A stretch of DNA of 64,000 nucleotides from Stylophora pistillata. Taxonomy: Eukaryota. Below, piece after piece: positions 58,567 to 64,000 of this stretch (its first letter is position 1; each line of letters starts with the position of its first letter). The stretch is from the NCBI RefSeq assembly GCF_002571385.2, contig NW_019217919.1:168265-232264 (forward strand). Direction: 5' to 3'. Under the pieces are notes generated by a model that was given only the letters and a program-made list of their open reading frames with translations, did not search any database and was not told the DNA's origin. The position numbers were made by a program, and so were the translations under genes.

Positions 58567-60710
58567 ATGGCGGATGATAAGGTTCCAGAAAGGTTTGAGT
58601 TGTTAGAGCAAACAATTGAACAGTTTGTAGAAACAACACGTCAGATAGGAATCATTGTCAGCGATTTTCAACCTGGAAGTCAAGGTGTTCTCAATCATAA
58701 AATGTAAGTGTTCTATCCACGAGTGTTCAATGTTTTAATTTGGGATCAATAGAGCCGGGTTCGATAGAGCCGTAATCGACCGAAATCAAAGCGAAAACTT
58801 GGCTTAAATATTTGCTGAAGTATAAATGCTCCCCTCGTTCTATGGCTGTTAGCGTTGGGATTTCGTCAATCATCTTGCAAAGTTCTGATTTATCGCGAGT
58901 CATCTCCCCTAACATTGGAATTAATTATATCACACAAGTTCTTCCCTCTAATGGCTTGCCCGCGTGTTAAGTTTAGACTGGTTTTTGTTTTGTTTCAGAA
59001 ACTCGATGATAGACAACATGAGGGAAATTGAGAAATGTAAAGCACATGTTCAAGATGTAGAGGTCCCGTTAGAAGTATTTGAGTGAGTGTATCTATTGGT
59101 CTTGATTACCATGTAAACTTATTACCAAAGCTGATCATTACACCAAGAAATTATTCAAAGATCAATTATGCCACAAATGTCATATTATTTTCATCCCCAG
59201 CATTAAAAGGAATACGTAGAAGCATTTATTTTTACTTGCATTCTAAGTTTCCAAAGTGTAACAGCAGTTCAAAGAAAGTGTTATATACTGTATTACCTGG
59301 GAAAAGTGCCCAGGTGCATATTGAAAATTTTGGCTAAAAGGAGGGGCATTTATTGGAAGGAGAACGTTTAATCGAGGGGGGCACTAATTAAATTTTCCTC
59401 TCAACAAACTGCAACTTCATTTTGGCTCACAAAAACTACACCAATATCCACACAGATGTAAAGTCCTTAAGGTTAAGTTTTAATTGAGCTATTATTCATT
59501 ATCAACTGTTTTCTTCAAAACTATCCCAATAACTTTATTACCAAGAAAATTACTGGTTCTCCAAGACTATAGAATGGTCTAGTATTCCTGTGAAGTTTAT
59601 AAGTGCATTATTTATAAGTGCAATTGTTAGAAAATAAAAAGGGGTAACACACACAAAGCAACCCTACAAGCGCATGGAGATAGAAACAACTGGAAAAGAA
59701 ATGATTCTTTTTGACTGATTGTAGTTGAAACCAAAAAAAGTTAATGATATGTGGCAACAGAAACAGGTTTTTCCTTTATCCCCACTGTTTAAGAGTGTGA
59801 CGGAGGAGGGCATACTTATTCTAGAGGGGCAAGTTTGACCATATAGTGAATGGGGTTGGGCACTTACTTTAGGAAGTACAGTATTTGTGGAGCCCATTTC
59901 TCCTCTCAAAGGCTGATAAACCAGCAATTTTTTTTTTCTGGTAACAGGTACATAGATCAAGGAAGAAATCCTCAGCTGTACACTAAAGACTGTCTTGAGA
60001 AAGCACTAGAAAAAAATCAGCAAGTGAATGGCAAAATAGATGCATACAAGGCGAGTTAACCTTGCATTAAAAATTTTTGTAGTTTATGAATTACAAGTTA
60101 ATAAGGGTAGGGAAACTGTTGTGGCAAAAATAAGTCAGCACCATGTGAACTCTGTAAACAAGCCTTGTGGGAAGAGGGTATACAGTAAACATTACCTCTG
60201 CCAGCTGAACAACAAACAGTGACAAATTTTTAAATCCTCTCTGTCAATGCATCATAGGGGAAATCTCTCCAAAAGTTACATAACCTAATTCCTCTTTCAG
60301 CAACTAAATTGAGGTGAAATTCTCTGAAATTGAAATTCTGAAAGATATTTGTCAGTGAGTAAAATGCAGTTCATTTGACTCAAGATGTGAAACTGGGAAC
60401 CTATTCATAGTCTAACAATTCCCTTGGTAAGGACATCATGACAAGATTACCTCAGTGATTTAGTCAGTATCAATACCCCCTTTTGACATATCTACCATGA
60501 CATTGTCCAATTTTATTTATACTTTGCTATTAGCCTGTGCTAAAATCACATGCTTCTTTCGGTCAATACTATTATTGGAGCAAATGACGGTGACAACTTT
60601 GTCCTTTTACACAGAACTTCAAGTCACTCCTTGTTGATGAACTTTCAAAGCATTTTCCCAAGGAGATTGATGAATACCAGAACATCAAAGGGCCGCAGAT
60701 GAAGTCATGA
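58567..60710 (+). CDS. MED10: Mediator subunit 10; exons 58567-58703, 58999-59082, 59948-60050, 60615-60710
   Basis: RQIGIIVSDFQP, VPLEVFEYIDQGRNPQLYTKDCLEKAL, KIDAYK|NFKSLL. Confidence 0.96.
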
Positions 60711-61842
60711 TTTTGGATCAAGATTAGAATGACTTAATTTTGAAAATAATTATGTAAATATGAATATTGTTAGCAGCTTAGCATCCTGTCTCTATGGTCT
60801 ATCTGCTTGTAAACTAAAATTCTGTCGATGATAGCATAGCTCTACAGTGAAAGGGTTAAGTTGAAAGGGTTAAGCTCACAGGTCAATCTTGCCACATTCT
60901 ACAAGGCACTTATTGTCGTGCCTTTTTAAATGAAAATTTCATTCCCAACTAGCGATATTTATGTAAATTTTATCATGATGATGGATATTTCTAATAACTT
61001 CATTGTATGTGGTTATAGAAAAGCCCTGCTGTAGATATCCTGCAACAACAAAACATATTTCTTTCATTCCCTGACAAAGTTCTTTATTGGGGGGTGGTGT
61101 AATGCTTCATGATGTTTAGTAGACATTTTGAAACAAAATACATCCATCAATTGAAAAAACTTAGACACTTAAAATTGGTAACTTCACAATGTATTAATTT
61201 CATCTCTGCAAATATTAAGTTGGACTAACATTAAAGAGAAGGTTTTAATGACAAGATGTTTGTGCATAATGTCAGCCAGCTGGGGGAACAACCCTTGCCG
61301 TTAAGTAACATTTTCTTCAAAATGAAAAGGAAGCCCTCTTTATCCAGATAATACAACTAGTAAAGCCCTTAACATTCCATTCTTGCCTTAAAATTAGTAC
61401 TGGAATCCACGAAAAGGAAGAAGTTCCAGGCCAGATTCATTACATTATCAATTCACTAGATAAAACCAAATTATCAGGTTCATTAAATACCTGGGTTCAA
61501 TAAATATAAGTAGTGTTGCTTTTGATATCACAGAACACAGATGCACTTTGAATCATGGTCAACAACAAAGTCTTTTACAATATTTATGACTTAATGTATG
61601 TTTTCAACATACAGCAGAAGAAGATTCTGTTGTCAGGGTCTCCTTCAAGGAGGCCTTCGACGTACATGTCACAGATAGCTATTTTCAAGCATATGACATC
61701 CTCTAAACAGCATACTATACTCCTTCCACTTTGAATCCATTTACTCCTTTGAATACTCTTGGCCTGATACTTCATTCCACACTTCTTCCCATGAATGGAG
61801 CTGACCACCCTCCTTGACTCAAATTTTAGCAATGCACTTTAA

Positions 61843-63009
61843 TCAGCTAGAAGTAGTTGATGATGAAGAACACTCACAAAAAGCCTGTGGAAATATGGTA
61901 GCTTGTTCAAGTCCTTGTTTTGCTTGTTCAAGTTCTGAGTTTAACCTGGTTGTTGCTTGCTCAAACTCCGCATTGAGCCTACTTGTAGCATGTTCAATGT
62001 TAGCAGCTAAGTCTTGAACCTCTTTGTTAATTTTTGTTATAACCGTCTCCATAGCTTCTCTTCCCTGCAGAAAAAAATAGAAGTCTTGATTTACATTAAC
62101 ACATACCACAATTACGTATGATGCACAATTCTTGCAGTAGAGACCACTATTTATGCAATAGCGAAAATGAGACCTGAAAAAAATCAGGCCAGTACAGGAT
62201 TCGAACCACTGACCTCTGCGATACTAGTGCAGCGTTCTACCAATAGCGCTCTCTACTGCGAGAATCGTGCATCAAACGTATCTATAACCGCAGTTCAAAA
62301 TATACGAACTTCATATATTCATCCTACATACCACAATTATTGTTAACATCATTAAAATTTTATTTAAAGCATATTTTACTTATAATTCATCATCCATACC
62401 TTTGACGCATTACTGGCCATTGTATTCTTGATAAGACTTTCACAATAGTCTTTGAAGCTAACTCCAAAAACCGTGATTACTGCATCTTGTGTTAGTCTAG
62501 TTCTAGAAAATAAAAATTACACTTACAAAATTAGGCAATACTACTATAGTTCCTTGTTGAAGACAAACTTTTCTACTGAGATTACCCTCAACTTGCTTTG
62601 GGGAAGCTGGAAATTCTTTAAAGAAACTCAAGAGGATATGTTAGAGATCATTTTAAGGTAAAAAACACATTCTGCTTTGACTTACTTGTTAATTTCCTGG
62701 TCTTGAGTATAAGTTACTGTCTCATCTACATCTGCCCAGCCCGACAGTGTTACATTCCTACTCGCCATTGTCATTGTCTTTGCAACTGGATCAACCACAG
62801 AGTGTTCATAAGCATAACAGAGGTTATCAACTCCAATCATGTTACAAACCCATGAAGGTAAAAATCCTTCAGTGCCTACAAGTCTAGTTGTGTGTAATCG
62901 TCCTTGTTCATCCACATGTCTGTCTAGAACATCCATGGTTTTTACATTAGGATTGAGATCGTTAGGATACTTTCGCCATACTGCTTGAGTGACACGATCC
63001 CAGCAGTGA
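61843..63009 (-). CDS. PRELID3: PRELI/Slowmo-family lipid transfer protein, 5'-partial; exons 62686-63009, 62400-62502, 61843-62064
   Basis: HCWDRVTQAVWRKYPNDLNPNV..DVLDRHVD..GRLHTTRL..EHSVVDP..NASKGREAMETVI; first exon not located. Confidence 0.88.
62114..62322 (-). mobile_element. tRNA-containing repeat, copy C, with an internal inversion
   Basis: Reverse copy 62114-62245 (GGATTCGAACC B box) fused to a forward segment 62245-62322 of the same element. Confidence 0.75.
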
Positions 63010-64000
63010 CTTAAAGGAAAAAATGCCACCATTAGTTACTACCATGAGAAAGCTGAAGACCCAAATAATGTGATTTTTCACCTCAAGCCTCTCAGAGAGA
63101 CTGACATGTAAGTCCTGAGGTTAACTCATATGTCAAAACACTCGTAGTTGCAAATCACTGACTATGGTTATGTGAACTATTCACCACTAGAACTTTAAGT
63201 ACATGTTATTTCAAACATTAAGGACTTGGTTTATTTTGCTTTAACATGCAATGCAATTACACATTTTAAATCAGTCAGAAGTAAAGATTCTACTCTGAAC
63301 TAAGTTTGAAGCTGGTGTGGAATCTTCGGAATCTCACATCACAGCCACAAGTTAATTTTTAAACCCATCTTATACAATAAACCATACATGATTTCTAGAG
63401 AGTTCTTCACCTTTGCGTATATAGCTTAGATGAAACATCAAAATCTTAGCAACCGGAGTAATAGAACAGATTTCCAAAAGAAATGAAAAAAGTCAATTCC
63501 CTGGAAGTCTTTACAAGAATTGTAACGCAATTATAGAATTGAGTATCTTTCTGTGACTAAATAATGCTTTTGAGACACCAGTGTTGGTCTGATTAAAAAT
63601 TTTAGATTAATTTTCTCAGCCAAGATATAACCAGAGTCATCCTTGGGGAAGCTTGTTAGTTACATAACATAGCTAGTAATGATGGAATAACAAAATAGCT
63701 AAAAAGGGTACTCCTAATCAGTCTGACTAGTTGGAAATAAAGCAACACAACCTTTAAGCACACTTCTATTGCAATTTTGGCATATGTATCACAGCCCTGC
63801 CAAGCTGTCAAACTTTCTAGTACAACATCATATTGGAAGAGAAAGTTTTACCACTAACATTTAGCTGCCTCTTAACCTCCACCCCAGCATCCTAAATTCT
63901 ACTTTCCTATCCAGTACAAAATATTGTTGACTTCAGGGCCTCCCTATGCAACTTCACTGATGGATGATTACGTAAGGGGGTGTGAGTGAAATGTTGGTTG

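Overview
AT-rich, intron-containing animal genomic DNA with three N-gaps. The repeat families and gene content suggest a scleractinian coral or other anthozoan (inference). Housekeeping genes lie in compact head-to-head pairs: FA2H exon 1/AARS1, UBA3/a CAP_C-domain gene, and XYLB/an RBM4-like RRM gene. TMPPE, MED10 and a partial PRELID3 are also present. An accessory block at ~28-47 kb holds two tandem class IV (SIRT6/7-like) sirtuins, an ECI2 pseudogene fragment, LINE/MITE remnants and a single-exon 1248-aa NLR. The main finding is that this NLR's N-terminal ~230 aa align motif by motif with connexins, a family regarded as chordate-specific. The connexin-like 4TM + NACHT + LRR architecture suggests a pattern-gated membrane pore. 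A second candidate is a probable CAP_C beta-helix-sirtuin fusion gene. Smaller observations: a dual-start AlaRS, a U12 intron, a GC-AG intron, shared ISRE-like motifs, a circularly permuted tRNA-containing repeat and a 1.65-kb duplication next to a gap. All alignments were done by eye; no searches were run, and some exon boundaries are approximate.
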